In this document: one piece after another, positions 38,311-52,316 of the stretch
How the letters are laid out: the number at the start of each line of letters is the position of its first letter
Position numbering within the stretch: position 1 is the first letter of the stretch
Source of the DNA: Chloroflexota bacterium
GTDB taxonomy: Bacteria; Chloroflexota; UBA11872; VXOZ01
DNA: 64,000 nucleotides
Direction: 5' to 3'
Assembly (NCBI GenBank): GCA_963662335.2
Contig: CAXXVD010000005.1
Location: 288,001-352,000 of the forward strand
Made by a program: the position numbers and the translations under genes
Notes under the pieces: model-generated
What the model was told of the DNA's origin: nothing
The model's database searches: none
What the model saw: only the letters and a program-made list of their open reading frames with translations

Positions 38311-39609
38311 TCACGCCCGATAGGCCGCCGCTACCTTGTGAATCGCCGCCAGCACGTCGTCGAGGTCTTCCGGTTGCAGCGTTGGATAGACCTCGAGCCG
38401 GAACGAGCGCTGGCCGATCTCCCTGGCATTGGGGCATTCTACACGGGAGTAGTCCACGGCGGCGAATGGCTGCGGCGTATCGCCGTAGCCAACCTTCTGT
38501 TGATACACCGGCTCCAGGTAGAGTTCGGCGCTGGTGCCGCGCGCGGCGCGCACGCCCTCGGCCTGCAACGCCTGCACGAATTCGTCGCGAGAACAGGTTA
38601 AGGCTTCCGGCCGCAGCGTGACGTAGTAGCAGTAGAAGGCGTGCTCGGACTCCGGCGTCTCCGGCGCGGGCAGAAGCGCCGCTTCCAAGTCTCTCAGACC
38701 CGCAGTAAGATAGCGCGCGTTCTCGCGCCGCCGCCGCAGATGCCAGTCCAGCCGCGCCAGCGCCTTGAGGCCGATGGCGCTCTGCATCTCCGTCATGCGG
38801 TAGTTGTAGCCCACGCGGTGGTGGGTGTATTGGTTCAGCGCGCCCCGCGCCAACGCGCTGCGCCGTTCCGCTTCATGGAAGCCGTGGTCGCGGAAGCCGC
38901 GCGCAATCTCGGCGGCCGCCGCGTCATCCGCGCCCACCATACCGCCCTCGCCGCCGGTGGTGAAGATCTTGTCCTGGCAGAAACTCCAGGCGTTCACTAT
39001 GCCGAAACTCCCAACCGTCTTGCCGTTGTAGGTCGCGCCGTGGGCCTGGGCGCAGTCCTCGATCACCGCCAGCCCGCGCTTTCGCGCCAGCGCCGGCAGC
39101 GCGTCCATGTCCGCCGGCAGGCCGGCAAGGTGCACCGGAATAATGGCCGTTGTGCGCGGTGTGATGCGCTCGGCAACGGACTCTACCGCAAGCGTGTGCG
39201 TAGCCGGATCGATGTCGGCAAAGATCGGCGCGGCGAACTGGTTGGTGACCGCCGAGGCGGTGGCAATGAAACTGCGCGCCGGCACGATCACTTCATCGCC
39301 CGGTTTCACGCCGGCCGCCGCCAACGCCACGTGCAACGCGCTCGTGCCGCTGTTTACGCTAATCGCCTCCGCGATACCCATGCGGGCGGCGAACGCCGCC
39401 TGAAATTCGCGCCCGCGCTCGCCGGTCCAGTAATTCACGCGGCCGGAGTCGAGCACGGCCCGCACCGCTTCCTTCTCTTCCTCCCAGAACACCGGCCAGC
39501 GGGGAAACGGACGCCGCGCGGTATCCCGCACCGGCGCGCCGCCGTTGACGGCAAGTTCGCCCAGGCCCTCGCGCCCGCGCGTGACGGTCTGTTGTGCCAT
39601 GCTCGTCAT
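38311..39609 (-). CDS. DegT/DnrJ/EryC1/StrS PLP aminotransferase
   Basis: NSGTSALH, PVHLAG, IEDCAQAHGA, SFCQDKIFTTGGEGG, GYNYRM. Confidence 0.92.
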   Translation of the reverse strand: MTSMAQQTVTRGREGLGELAVNGGAPVRDTARRPFPRWPVFWEEEKEAVRAVLDSGRVNYWTGERGREFQAAFAARMGIAEAISVNSGTSALHVALAAAGVKPGDEVIVPARSFIATASAVTNQFAAPIFADIDPATHTLAVESVAERITPRTTAIIPVHLAGLPADMDALPALARKRGLAVIEDCAQAHGATYNGKTVGSFGIVNAWSFCQDKIFTTGGEGGMVGADDAAAAEIARGFRDHGFHEAERRSALARGALNQYTHHRVGYNYRMTEMQSAIGLKALARLDWHLRRRRENARYLTAGLRDLEAALLPAPETPESEHAFYCYYVTLRPEALTCSRDEFVQALQAEGVRAARGTSAELYLEPVYQQKVGYGDTPQPFAAVDYSRVECPNAREIGQRSFRLEVYPTLQPEDLDDVLAAIHKVAAAYRA

Positions 39610-39624
39610 TCCTCCGTTTATCGC

Positions 39625-41655
39625 TCAACCGGCGGCCAGCGCGCGCCAGTGGCGCAGCACCTCGGCCACGCTCCACGCCTGGGCGTAGCAACCGCGCGGG
39701 GCGTGCGGCGCATCGCCGTCGAATACTTCGCTGATGGTACCCAAGGCCCCGCTTGTCAACTGCTCCGCAAAGCCGCTCAGCAACAGCCGGGCTGCGGCCT
39801 TATCGCCGCCGTAGCGCAGCAGCGCGTCCAGATAGGGCCCAACCAGCCAACCCCACACCGTGCCGTTATGGTAGCTGCCTTCCCGTTCCCAGAGCGAGCC
39901 GCCATAGCGCCCCCGGTACTGCGGGTCGCCGGGCGCCAGCGAGCGCAAGCCGGCCGGCGTGAGCAAGGTCTCGGCAACCACCGCCAGCACCTGCCGCGCC
40001 TTGTCCGCGGGCACCAGCGCGTGCGGCAGGCTGAGCGCGAAAAGCTGGTTCGGGCGCAGCGCCGGATCGTCGCCGCCTTCCGGGCCGTCTATCACGTCGT
40101 ACAAGTAGCCGCCTTCCGCGTACCAGAAGCGGCGCATGAAGTTTTCCTCGATAGCCTCCCGCCACTGGAACACGTCTGCGGCGTCCCCGCCGTCGGCCGG
40201 CGCGCCAATCGTCTCACGCCACCGTTCCAGCAGGCACAGCGCATTGTACCAGAGCGCCTGGATCTCCACCGGCTTGCCCATGCGCGGCGTGGGCAGCCAA
40301 TCGCCGGCTTTCACGTCCATCCAGGTCAGTTGCACGCCCGGTTCGCCGGCACAAACCAGGCCGTCTGCCGGGTCCACGTGGATGTTGTAGCGCGTGCCGT
40401 GGTAGTAGTGGTGGACGATGCTCTCGAGCGTAGGCAACAGTTCGCGCGGCAAGTCCTCGTCGCCGGTCGCTTCCACGTAGGCGTGGAGCGCCTGGAAGAA
40501 CCACAGGGTCGCGTCCACCGTGTTGTACTCCGGCTCCGCGCCCACGTCGGGGAAGCGGTTGGGAATCATGCCCTGGCTGGCGTACGCGCCAAAGGTGCGC
40601 AGCAGCCCGCGCGCCGCAGCCGGCCGGCCGGCAGCCAGCGCCAGGCCCGGCAGGCTAATCATCGTATCGCGGCCCCAATCGCCAAACCACGGGTACCCGG
40701 CGATGACCGTGAGCGACTTCTCGCCATCCGCCAACGTGCGCTCCACCAGGCATTGGTCGGCGGCAATTGCCAATTGCGCGCCCACCTGGTCGGCGCTGCG
40801 GTCGCTCCCGGCGCGCTTGACCAGCCTTCTTGTCCGGTCCCGCTCTCTGCGCAGAGCGCGGGCGGCGTCGCGCTCTACGTTCTCCGGGTCTTCCACGCTG
40901 GCAATCAGGCACGCGTGCCCGCCGGGCGCAAGTTCCACCGCGCAGTCCAGCGGATGATAGAGGTCTTCCAGATAGTCCAGGGCGCGCTCGCGCTCCACGC
41001 GGTAGACATAGTTCCAATACCACTCTTCTCGCGGCGCGAACGCGGCGGGCGGGCTGCAAAAGAGGTGGAGCGGCGGCTCCACAAGGTTAGTTGCGCCGGC
41101 GGCGCGCGCCACCGTGGCGGAAGTAGAGTCGTGCACGGTGACGGTGGGGCGCGCTTCGTCAGAGCCGCGGTTGAGCGCATGGAAGGCGCGCTGGGCGGTG
41201 AATAGCCGAATCGCCAGCGCCAGCGGCTCGCCGCCGCCGCGGTGGGTGTACGTGACGTAGGCGGTGTTCCGGCCATGCGCCAGCCACATCCGCTTCTCGA
41301 TCACGTTCGCGCCAACGCGATAGCGGAAAACCGGAATCTGACCGTCGAGGGCTACCGATTCCAGCGCGGTAAAGCCCTGGGGATGAATCACGCCGGGATC
41401 GAACTCATTGGCGCCGAGTTCGTAGGATTGACCGCCGGCCGTCACAACCTCGTCCACTTTCGCCAGCATGACCGCGCGCCCCAGCGGGGGCTCCAGCGCG
41501 GCGACCAGCAGGCCGTGGTAGCGGCGGGTGTTGATGCCGGTCACCGTTCCGCTGGCATAGCCGCCGATGCCGTTCGTCACCAGCCACTCGCGCTGAATCG
41601 CGGCGTCCAGGTCGTGGAGGAGAGCGGCGTCGAGCGAGACGATGGCTTTAGGCAC
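39625..41655 (-). CDS. Glycogen debranching enzyme (amylo-alpha-1,6-glucosidase, archaeal type)
   Basis: EWLVTNGIGGYA, TRRYHGLL, IAGYPWFGDWGRDTMISLPG, LTWMD, RPNQL, YHNGTVWGWL, QAWSVAE. Confidence 0.92.
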   Translation of the reverse strand: MPKAIVSLDAALLHDLDAAIQREWLVTNGIGGYASGTVTGINTRRYHGLLVAALEPPLGRAVMLAKVDEVVTAGGQSYELGANEFDPGVIHPQGFTALESVALDGQIPVFRYRVGANVIEKRMWLAHGRNTAYVTYTHRGGGEPLALAIRLFTAQRAFHALNRGSDEARPTVTVHDSTSATVARAAGATNLVEPPLHLFCSPPAAFAPREEWYWNYVYRVERERALDYLEDLYHPLDCAVELAPGGHACLIASVEDPENVERDAARALRRERDRTRRLVKRAGSDRSADQVGAQLAIAADQCLVERTLADGEKSLTVIAGYPWFGDWGRDTMISLPGLALAAGRPAAARGLLRTFGAYASQGMIPNRFPDVGAEPEYNTVDATLWFFQALHAYVEATGDEDLPRELLPTLESIVHHYYHGTRYNIHVDPADGLVCAGEPGVQLTWMDVKAGDWLPTPRMGKPVEIQALWYNALCLLERWRETIGAPADGGDAADVFQWREAIEENFMRRFWYAEGGYLYDVIDGPEGGDDPALRPNQLFALSLPHALVPADKARQVLAVVAETLLTPAGLRSLAPGDPQYRGRYGGSLWEREGSYHNGTVWGWLVGPYLDALLRYGGDKAAARLLLSGFAEQLTSGALGTISEVFDGDAPHAPRGCYAQAWSVAEVLRHWRALAAG

Positions 41656-41736
41656 GGGGATTACACTTCGCGAACTGTAGCGTCAACCGGTCGGTGCCCT
41701 GGATATCCCAGCAGAGGCTTTGACGAGCGCGCGGCT

Positions 41737-41812
41737 TGGTGCCGAGAGCCGGAGTCGAACCGGCGACACCAGGATTTTCAGTCCTGTGCTCTACCAACTG
41801 AGCTATCTCGGC
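41737..41812 (-). tRNA. tRNA-Phe (GAA)
   Basis: GCCGAGATAGCTCAGTTGGTAGAGC...CTGAAAA...GGTTCGACTCC...GGCACCA; full cloverleaf with encoded CCA. Confidence 0.97.
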
Positions 41813-41819
41813 AGCAGGC

Positions 41820-41896
41820 TGGTGGGCGATGCAGGACTCGAACCTGCGGCCTCTACTTTGTAAGAGTAGCGCTCTAACCAGCTGAGCTAATCACCC
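41820..41896 (-). tRNA. tRNA-Val (TAC)
   Basis: GGGTGATTAGCTCAGCTGGTTAGAGC, CTACT-CTTACAA-AGTAG anticodon arm, GGTTCGAGTCC, CCA end. Confidence 0.97.
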
Positions 41897-41906
41897 ACGC
41901 TTTCCG

Positions 41907-41935
41907 ATTGTATCACCGCCCCGCGCCAGATTCAA
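41907..41935 (-). promoter_or_regulatory. Sigma70-type promoter for the tRNA pair
   Basis: Minus strand TTGAAT-17 nt-TACAAT with a TG extension, ~10 nt before tRNA-Val. Confidence 0.65.
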
Positions 41936-42113
41936 CTATGTTTCTTTGTCAAGCATATCAATGCGCTGCCCAGCCGTGCCGCAGCCAGGTTCTCCGCGCG
42001 CCGCCAGTCGCATGACAGCGCGGCGTTGGGTCGCTGCGACAGAGTCTGCCGAACGCCCCGCGCTACGCCCGCGACGACCCTCGCCGCCGCGCGGACTTTT
42101 GCCGTTTCTCTCC

Positions 42114-42142
42114 TTGACGCGCCGCATTCGCTCCGCTATCAT
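42114..42142 (+). promoter_or_regulatory. Candidate sigma70-type promoter for gltB
   Basis: TTGACG-17 nt-TATCAT. Confidence 0.55.
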
Positions 42143-42314
42143 TCAACCACACTTGTTGCAGTGTGAAGCGCGGAGCGCGTACAATGAGGTATGAGGAACT
42201 CCTGAATGGAGTCCCTCGTTTTCATATTTAAGGGACGTGCCTCACATTTTGCAGAACGCGGCAAACAGCGCGGCGGCGCCTGCGGTCACCCGGAGAACAT
42301 CATGAGAAGTGGAT

Positions 42315-46865
<4,551 letters not shown>

Positions 46866-47207
46866 AATGGGCGCATCGCCCCGGCAAACGCAACCCCGGC
46901 CCACACGGCGCCTCCGCTCCCGGTAAGCGCCTGTCGCAGGCACGTTCGCCAGGCGGCGTGTGCGGCAGCTTCCCTGCGCCGCGCGGCTTGCGCTACCGCC
47001 GTTCGACCACCCTGAGCGGCGGCGAGCCGCGCCGCGAGCGTTTCCGCTCCGCACGGCCCGCCGCGTGGCCGGCTCCCACGTCCTTTAGCAGGTCGAGCGT
47101 ATATATGCTACAATACCAGCGGCATCCGCGCCCTTGCCGCGCAATATGAAGAGGCTGCGCTGCGCGCGCCGGCATCGAACGAACCGAAAACGTGAGGCTG
47201 TACGCAG

Positions 47208-48404
47208 ATGGAAGCGATTGAGTACCGCGAGATGCAGCCGGACGACGTCCCCCAGGCGTTAGCGCTCCGCAACGAGGTGTTTTCCGAGGCGCTGGTAACC
47301 CAGGAAGACTGGGAACGAGACGAAATGCTGGCGGCGATCGCGGTGCTCGAGGGTGAGGTGGTAGGGGCAATTCCGCTGGCGCTCCGGGAGGTGGTCATCG
47401 CCCCGGGCGTGACGATCACGGCGGCCTTCGAGAACTCGGTGGGCACCCGTGAGGAACTCCGCAGCCAAGGCATCGGCAGGAACATGATCGCCACGGCGCG
47501 TGAATTCTTGCCTGAACGCGCCGATGCGCTCTTCGTCTATCGCGGCGACGAACGCAGCGACGGCTACCGTTTCTATGCCACCACCAATCACTACGACCTG
47601 CTCTATTCCCGGCACTACCGCTTCGGCTCGCCGGAGACCGGCCACCTGCCGCCAGGCATCACGCTGGCGGGCAAAGAGTCGGTCTTTCTCAACATGGAAC
47701 GCCTGCAAGCCGTCTTCAATAGCACGTATGGGCGCCATGGCGGCTACCCGCAACGCGGCGAGGACTATTGGCAACGGGCGCTCTCCTCTTCCATCTACGC
47801 GGAGTTCCCCACCGACTTTTCGTTCGTTCACATCATCCAGAGCGAAGAACTGCTCGGCTACGCAATCTGCGGCGTGCGGTCCACGCGGCACAACAGCACG
47901 GCGTACATTATGGAAATGGCGACGCTGGGCGCGGACCTGAGCATTGGACAACGCATTCTCACCGGCGTTGCGAGTGTGGCCGCCGAGCGCAAACTCGGCG
48001 TGGACATCCAGGTGTCCGATGCCGACCCGTTTCTGCCCTTGCTCCAATCCTACGGCTTCGCGCCCGAACCGCGCGGCACGATCATCATGGCGCAAGTCAT
48101 CGACGTGCCCAGCTTCTTCGAAAAGCACTGGCAGCAGCGCTTCGACCTCTATAACACCGCTCTGGTCGTGCGCACGCCGCAGGACGACTACCCCCTCATC
48201 GAGCCGGAAGTGCGCCAGTGCACGCTGACGTTGGAAATGAAGGAAGAGACGCTCCACCGCTGGCTGCTGGCGCGGCTCGATCTGCGCGCCCGCCTCGCCG
48301 AAGGCAGCGTGACCGCGTACGGCGCCAGCGACCAGGTGATCGAGCGCGTCTGCGAGGCGATTCCGTGCGCACCGTGGGCCTACCACTTCATCGACTGGAT
48401 CTAG
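47208..48404 (+). CDS. GNAT N-acetyltransferase, Eis-like architecture
   Basis: VGTREELRSQGIG motif A, YRFY; second GNAT-like region; SCP2-like C-terminus. Confidence 0.72.
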   Translation: MEAIEYREMQPDDVPQALALRNEVFSEALVTQEDWERDEMLAAIAVLEGEVVGAIPLALREVVIAPGVTITAAFENSVGTREELRSQGIGRNMIATAREFLPERADALFVYRGDERSDGYRFYATTNHYDLLYSRHYRFGSPETGHLPPGITLAGKESVFLNMERLQAVFNSTYGRHGGYPQRGEDYWQRALSSSIYAEFPTDFSFVHIIQSEELLGYAICGVRSTRHNSTAYIMEMATLGADLSIGQRILTGVASVAAERKLGVDIQVSDADPFLPLLQSYGFAPEPRGTIIMAQVIDVPSFFEKHWQQRFDLYNTALVVRTPQDDYPLIEPEVRQCTLTLEMKEETLHRWLLARLDLRARLAEGSVTAYGASDQVIERVCEAIPCAPWAYHFIDWI

Positions 48405-48463
48405 CGCCTGGTCTCGGCCAGCGTGCTCGCACCGGCCTTTACCCGGTTTGGGCTTGGCTCGGC

Positions 48464-48487
48464 GTAGCGCGGGGGCTTGTCCCCCGC
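48464..48487. repeat. Family C GTAG-type REP
   Basis: GTAGCGCGGGGGCTTGTCCCCCGC. Confidence 0.88.
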
Positions 48488-48649
48488 CTGAGCACACGGA
48501 ACACAGTCCGCTTCATTGGGGCTTGACCTCCACTGCTTGGCGCGGATTGCAAACATCGCCTCAGGCAAGACGCTTAGGGCCGGGGCAAAGCCGCGTCCAT
48601 AACGACCCCAACGCCTCCTGAGTTGACATTCGCCGAAAAAGGAAGTGCG

Positions 48650-49867
48650 ATGAATTCCGCCGTGAATTGGCACGAACATCCTGCCGTCGTCGTCTGGAGC
48701 GACGACTGGGGTATGAACGCTTGGGCGCCGACTGAGGAGGCGTACCACGCCACCCGCCACGAAGAACTCATGCGCACCCGCTGGTCGTCGGGCAGCCTCG
48801 AAACGCCGGCGGACCTGGAACGCACGTTTCACCTGTTGGAGTCTCACCACGGCGGCGACGGCCAACCCATCGTCTTCGAACCCTACTACATCGTCGGCGG
48901 CCCGGACTACGACGCCATTCACGCGAGCGCGTTCCGCCACTACGTGGACGTCGGCCTGGACCAGGGCGTTTCCCCAGGCTGGGAGCGTGGCGACATCGTG
49001 GGCAAAGCGCGTGAGGGCATGGAGCGCGGCGTCTGGGCGCCCCAGTATCATGGCCGCACCCACCACTTCAGCCACCATCGCTGGCTCGCGCGGCTGCGGG
49101 CCGGCGAGGCGCGGGCCCAACGCATGTTCGACCACCGCATGTACGTGTGCGAGACGGTGCGCGAGCGTGTGCCGGAGCACGAGGACATGCCGGAACCGGA
49201 GCGCAACGAGTGGGTGCGCGGCGCGCTTAGCTACTTCATTCGCGCTTTTGGCTACCCGCCCGCCAGTGTGCGCAACTCGGATGAGGCCGAGATTGCCTGG
49301 GCCGCGCACGGCATCGGCATCCGGGTGGGCGTCTCCAGCCGCACTGGCGAGGACCAGACCGGCAAACGCTCGCCGGTGGCCGCTCTCTGGTACGCGGGCG
49401 CGGCTATCAACTTCGAGCCGTTCATGACGGCAGACCAGGAGGACATCCTCGCCCGCGTCCGAGCGGAGACCGCCGCCGCGTGGCAGGCCAACCGGCCGGC
49501 GTTCATCAGCAGCCACCGCCGCAACTTCACCGCCTTCACCGACGACGTGGACAACAATTTCGCCGTGTGGGATTCTTACCTCTCTTGGCTGGAGTCCGCG
49601 CACCCCACGCACGTATTCCTCACCATGCCCGAGGTCCGCCAGCTTTGGGAGCACGGCACGTCGTCCCGCCGCTACGGCAAGACGCTCATCTTCCGCAATT
49701 GGACGGACACGCAACAAACCGTTACGTGTCCGGCGCGTCCCAACGAGGTCGTGTCAGACATCATCCACGCCGACGATGAGTCCGCGCTCTCGGTCTCGAG
49801 TGCCGGCGAAAAGCACATCCTGGTTGCGCCTCACGGGAACTACTGCCTGACCCTGGAAACGCGCTGA
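48650..49867 (+). CDS. Putative polysaccharide deacetylase-like (NodB fold) protein
   Basis: VVWSDDWG and PQYHGRTH metal-binding-like motifs, ISSHRRNF; family assignment is inference. Confidence 0.55.
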   Translation: MNSAVNWHEHPAVVVWSDDWGMNAWAPTEEAYHATRHEELMRTRWSSGSLETPADLERTFHLLESHHGGDGQPIVFEPYYIVGGPDYDAIHASAFRHYVDVGLDQGVSPGWERGDIVGKAREGMERGVWAPQYHGRTHHFSHHRWLARLRAGEARAQRMFDHRMYVCETVRERVPEHEDMPEPERNEWVRGALSYFIRAFGYPPASVRNSDEAEIAWAAHGIGIRVGVSSRTGEDQTGKRSPVAALWYAGAAINFEPFMTADQEDILARVRAETAAAWQANRPAFISSHRRNFTAFTDDVDNNFAVWDSYLSWLESAHPTHVFLTMPEVRQLWEHGTSSRRYGKTLIFRNWTDTQQTVTCPARPNEVVSDIIHADDESALSVSSAGEKHILVAPHGNYCLTLETR

Positions 49868-49928
49868 TTTCACCTTGTTCGTACATGCTATACTGCAATC
49901 AGCGGACAGAAACGAACGAGGAAGCGAG

Positions 49929-50324
49929 ATGTCTTCGCCAAACGGCAGACAACAGCGGGTAGAGCGGCACGCCGCCACCAGCCTGCGCTTTATCAGCCAA
50001 TCCCAGGGAGAGTTCGAGAAGGAAGATTTGCTCCAGGCCTCGGAAAAGGCGTGGGGCGCGGCAGCGCACGCCATGAAAGCTGCCGCCGAGAGCCGGGGTT
50101 GGAAGCACGGCACGCATCGGCTGCTCTTCGACATTGCGGCGCGCATTGCGGACGAGACCGGAGACCCCGAATTCTACGATATATTCAGAGTGGCCAGCGC
50201 TATGCACCAGAATTTCTACGAGGGCTGGGAATCGGCCTATACCATTCAGAAGAGCATCGAACGCGTGCAGAGGCTGGTGGAGAAGATGGAGGCGCTACGC
50301 TTGCGCGGGAACGGGGGCGTGTAG
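49929..50324 (+). CDS. PaREP1-family (HEPN-like) protein, copy 1
   Basis: DLLQASEKAWGAAAHAMKA, ASAMHQNFYEG; GAGG RBS. Confidence 0.85.
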   Translation: MSSPNGRQQRVERHAATSLRFISQSQGEFEKEDLLQASEKAWGAAAHAMKAAAESRGWKHGTHRLLFDIAARIADETGDPEFYDIFRVASAMHQNFYEGWESAYTIQKSIERVQRLVEKMEALRLRGNGGV

Positions 50325-50368
50325 TGTCATTGTTGCTAATTGACGAACTGAATTGAGGCGAGGATGAA

Positions 50369-50764
50369 ATGATGTCGCCAAGCAGCAGGAATGGGCGCGT
50401 CGAGCGGCACGCCGCCATCAGCCTGAGGTTCATAGCCCAGTCCCAAGCTGAACTGGCTAAAGGGGACATGCTCCAGGCTTCGGAGAAAGCGTGGGTCTCG
50501 GCGGCGCACGCCATGAAAGCCGCCGCCGAGACCAGGGGTTGGAAGCACGGCACGCATAGATTGCTGTTCGACATTGCGGCCCGCATTGCGGACGAGACAG
50601 GAGATTCCGATCTGTTTGGACTCTTCAAGGAAGCAAGCGCCTTGCACCAGAACTTCTACGAGGGCTGGGAATCGGATTATACCGTGCAGAAGAGCATTGA
50701 ACGCGTAAAGAGGCTGGTGGAAAAGATGGAGGCGCTGAGCGTGCGCGGGAACGGCGGCGCGTAG
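50369..50764 (+). CDS. PaREP1-family (HEPN-like) protein, copy 2
   Basis: GDMLQASEKAWVSAAHAMKA, ASALHQNFYEG; about 77% identical to copy 1 by manual alignment. Confidence 0.85.
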   Translation: MMSPSSRNGRVERHAAISLRFIAQSQAELAKGDMLQASEKAWVSAAHAMKAAAETRGWKHGTHRLLFDIAARIADETGDSDLFGLFKEASALHQNFYEGWESDYTVQKSIERVKRLVEKMEALSVRGNGGA

Positions 50765-50811
50765 AACTGAGCGGCACGCTCCAAAGTCATCCAAGAGAAG
50801 GGACCTCATCA

Positions 50812-52113
50812 GTGCAACGCATTTCCCGCTCCCAGCAGCTTTGGCAGCGCGCGCGCAAGCATCTTGCCGCCGGGGTGAGCAGCAACATCCGCTTGCAAGA
50901 ACGCCCCGCGCCGCTCTACTTCAGCCGCGGCCAGGGCTCCCATCTCTTCGACGTGGACGGCAATGAGTACATCGACTACGTGGCCGCCTACGGGCCGCTC
51001 ATTCTGGGCCATAGCCACCCCGAATTGGTAGAGGCCGTGCAGCGGCAGGTGGCGCTGGGCCAGACCTACGGCGGCCAGCACGAAATCGAAGTGGACGTAG
51101 CGGAGAAAATCTGCGACCTGGTTCCCGCCATGGACGTGGTGCGCTTCTGCGGCAGCGGCTCGGAGGCCAACCACGCGCTCTTCCGCCTGGCCCGCGCCTA
51201 CACCGGCCGCACGAAGATCGTGCGCTTCGAGGGCCACTACCACGGCTGGCTGGACGACCAGATCATCAGCGATCATCCGCATTCAGTGGAAGAAGCGGGA
51301 GAACTGCCCTTTCCGCAGCCGGTCCTCGGCAGCAAGGGGCAGCTTCCCCATGCGGCCGGCGAGACGCTGGTGCTGCCCTGGAACGACCTGGACACCTTTG
51401 CGGCCCTCATCGAGCGTGAAGGGCAGAACGTGGCCGCCGTGATCACCGAGCCGATCATGTGCAACGGCGGCTTCATCCTGCCCCAGCCGGGTTTCCTGGA
51501 AGGCCTGCGCGAGGTCTGCACCCGCGCGGAAATCCTGCTCATCTTCGACGAGGTCATCACGGGCTTTCGCGCCGGCCTCCACGGCGCGCAGGGACTGCTC
51601 GGCGTCACGCCGGACCTGGTCACGCTGGGCAAGGCCGTCGCCAACGGCTTTCCCCTGAGCGTCTTCGGCGGCCGCCGCGACATCATGGACCTTGTCGGCA
51701 GCGGCGTGATGCACGGCGGCACGTACAACGGCAATCCCATTACGCTGGCCGCCGCCAACGCCACTCTGGACGTGCTCGCCCGCGACGACGGCGCGGTCTA
51801 CGAGCAGATCCGCGCGATTGGCCGCAGCATGATGGACGGCATCCGGCAAGCGGCGGCGCAAGCGGGTCAATCGGTGTTGGTGCAAGGCATCGGCCCGGTC
51901 TTCTTTGCCTGGTTCACGGAGCGGCAGGAAATCGCCTCGTTCCGCCACAACTGGGACTGCGATGAGGGCAAGTACGCGGCCTTCCAAGGCAAGCTCATCG
52001 CTCACGGCGTGCGCGCCATCCCCTCGGGCCGCTGGTACGTCTCCGCGGCGCACACTGAAGAAGACGCGCGCCAAACGGTAGACGCGGTGGCAGAGGCGTT
52101 GCGGGAAGTGTAG
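50812..52113 (+). CDS. Class III PLP aminotransferase (glutamate-1-semialdehyde aminomutase-like)
   Basis: DVDGNEYIDY, GSGSEA, GHYHGW, FDEVITGFR, TLGKAVANG, HGGTYNGNP. Confidence 0.9.
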   Translation: MQRISRSQQLWQRARKHLAAGVSSNIRLQERPAPLYFSRGQGSHLFDVDGNEYIDYVAAYGPLILGHSHPELVEAVQRQVALGQTYGGQHEIEVDVAEKICDLVPAMDVVRFCGSGSEANHALFRLARAYTGRTKIVRFEGHYHGWLDDQIISDHPHSVEEAGELPFPQPVLGSKGQLPHAAGETLVLPWNDLDTFAALIEREGQNVAAVITEPIMCNGGFILPQPGFLEGLREVCTRAEILLIFDEVITGFRAGLHGAQGLLGVTPDLVTLGKAVANGFPLSVFGGRRDIMDLVGSGVMHGGTYNGNPITLAAANATLDVLARDDGAVYEQIRAIGRSMMDGIRQAAAQAGQSVLVQGIGPVFFAWFTERQEIASFRHNWDCDEGKYAAFQGKLIAHGVRAIPSGRWYVSAAHTEEDARQTVDAVAEALREV

Positions 52114-52180
52114 CGCGTTCCCTAAATGCTCACTCTCGCACGCTCAACCGTCATCGCACTCAAGACAGTCGCGCCTATCC

Positions 52181-52252
52181 CGTCATTCCCACGAACGCGG
52201 GAATCCATCGGGAGGCCAACGAAGATAGATTCCCGCGTTCGCGGGAATGACG
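52181..52252. repeat. CGTC-type REP doublet (family B, related to A)
   Basis: CGTCATTCCCACGAACGCGGGAATC ... GATTCCCGCGTTCGCGGGAATGACG inverted pair. Confidence 0.85.
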
Positions 52253-52316
52253 GAGGCAGCGGCCACGCGGCGCGGCGACGTAGTCGAGACTAGAACCAAG
52301 AGAGGAGTGCATCACA

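Noticed and set aside
38641-41205. Long antisense/alternative-frame ORFs (854 aa here; also 11378-12868, 20338-21663, 47259-48497, 48401-49717)
   Set aside because: Shadow ORFs expected from high-GC codon bias opposite well-supported genes; no recognisable motifs.
41737-41896. tRNA pair as an integration site for an island or prophage
   Set aside because: No integrase and no duplicated tRNA 3' end in the window; flanking genes are metabolic.
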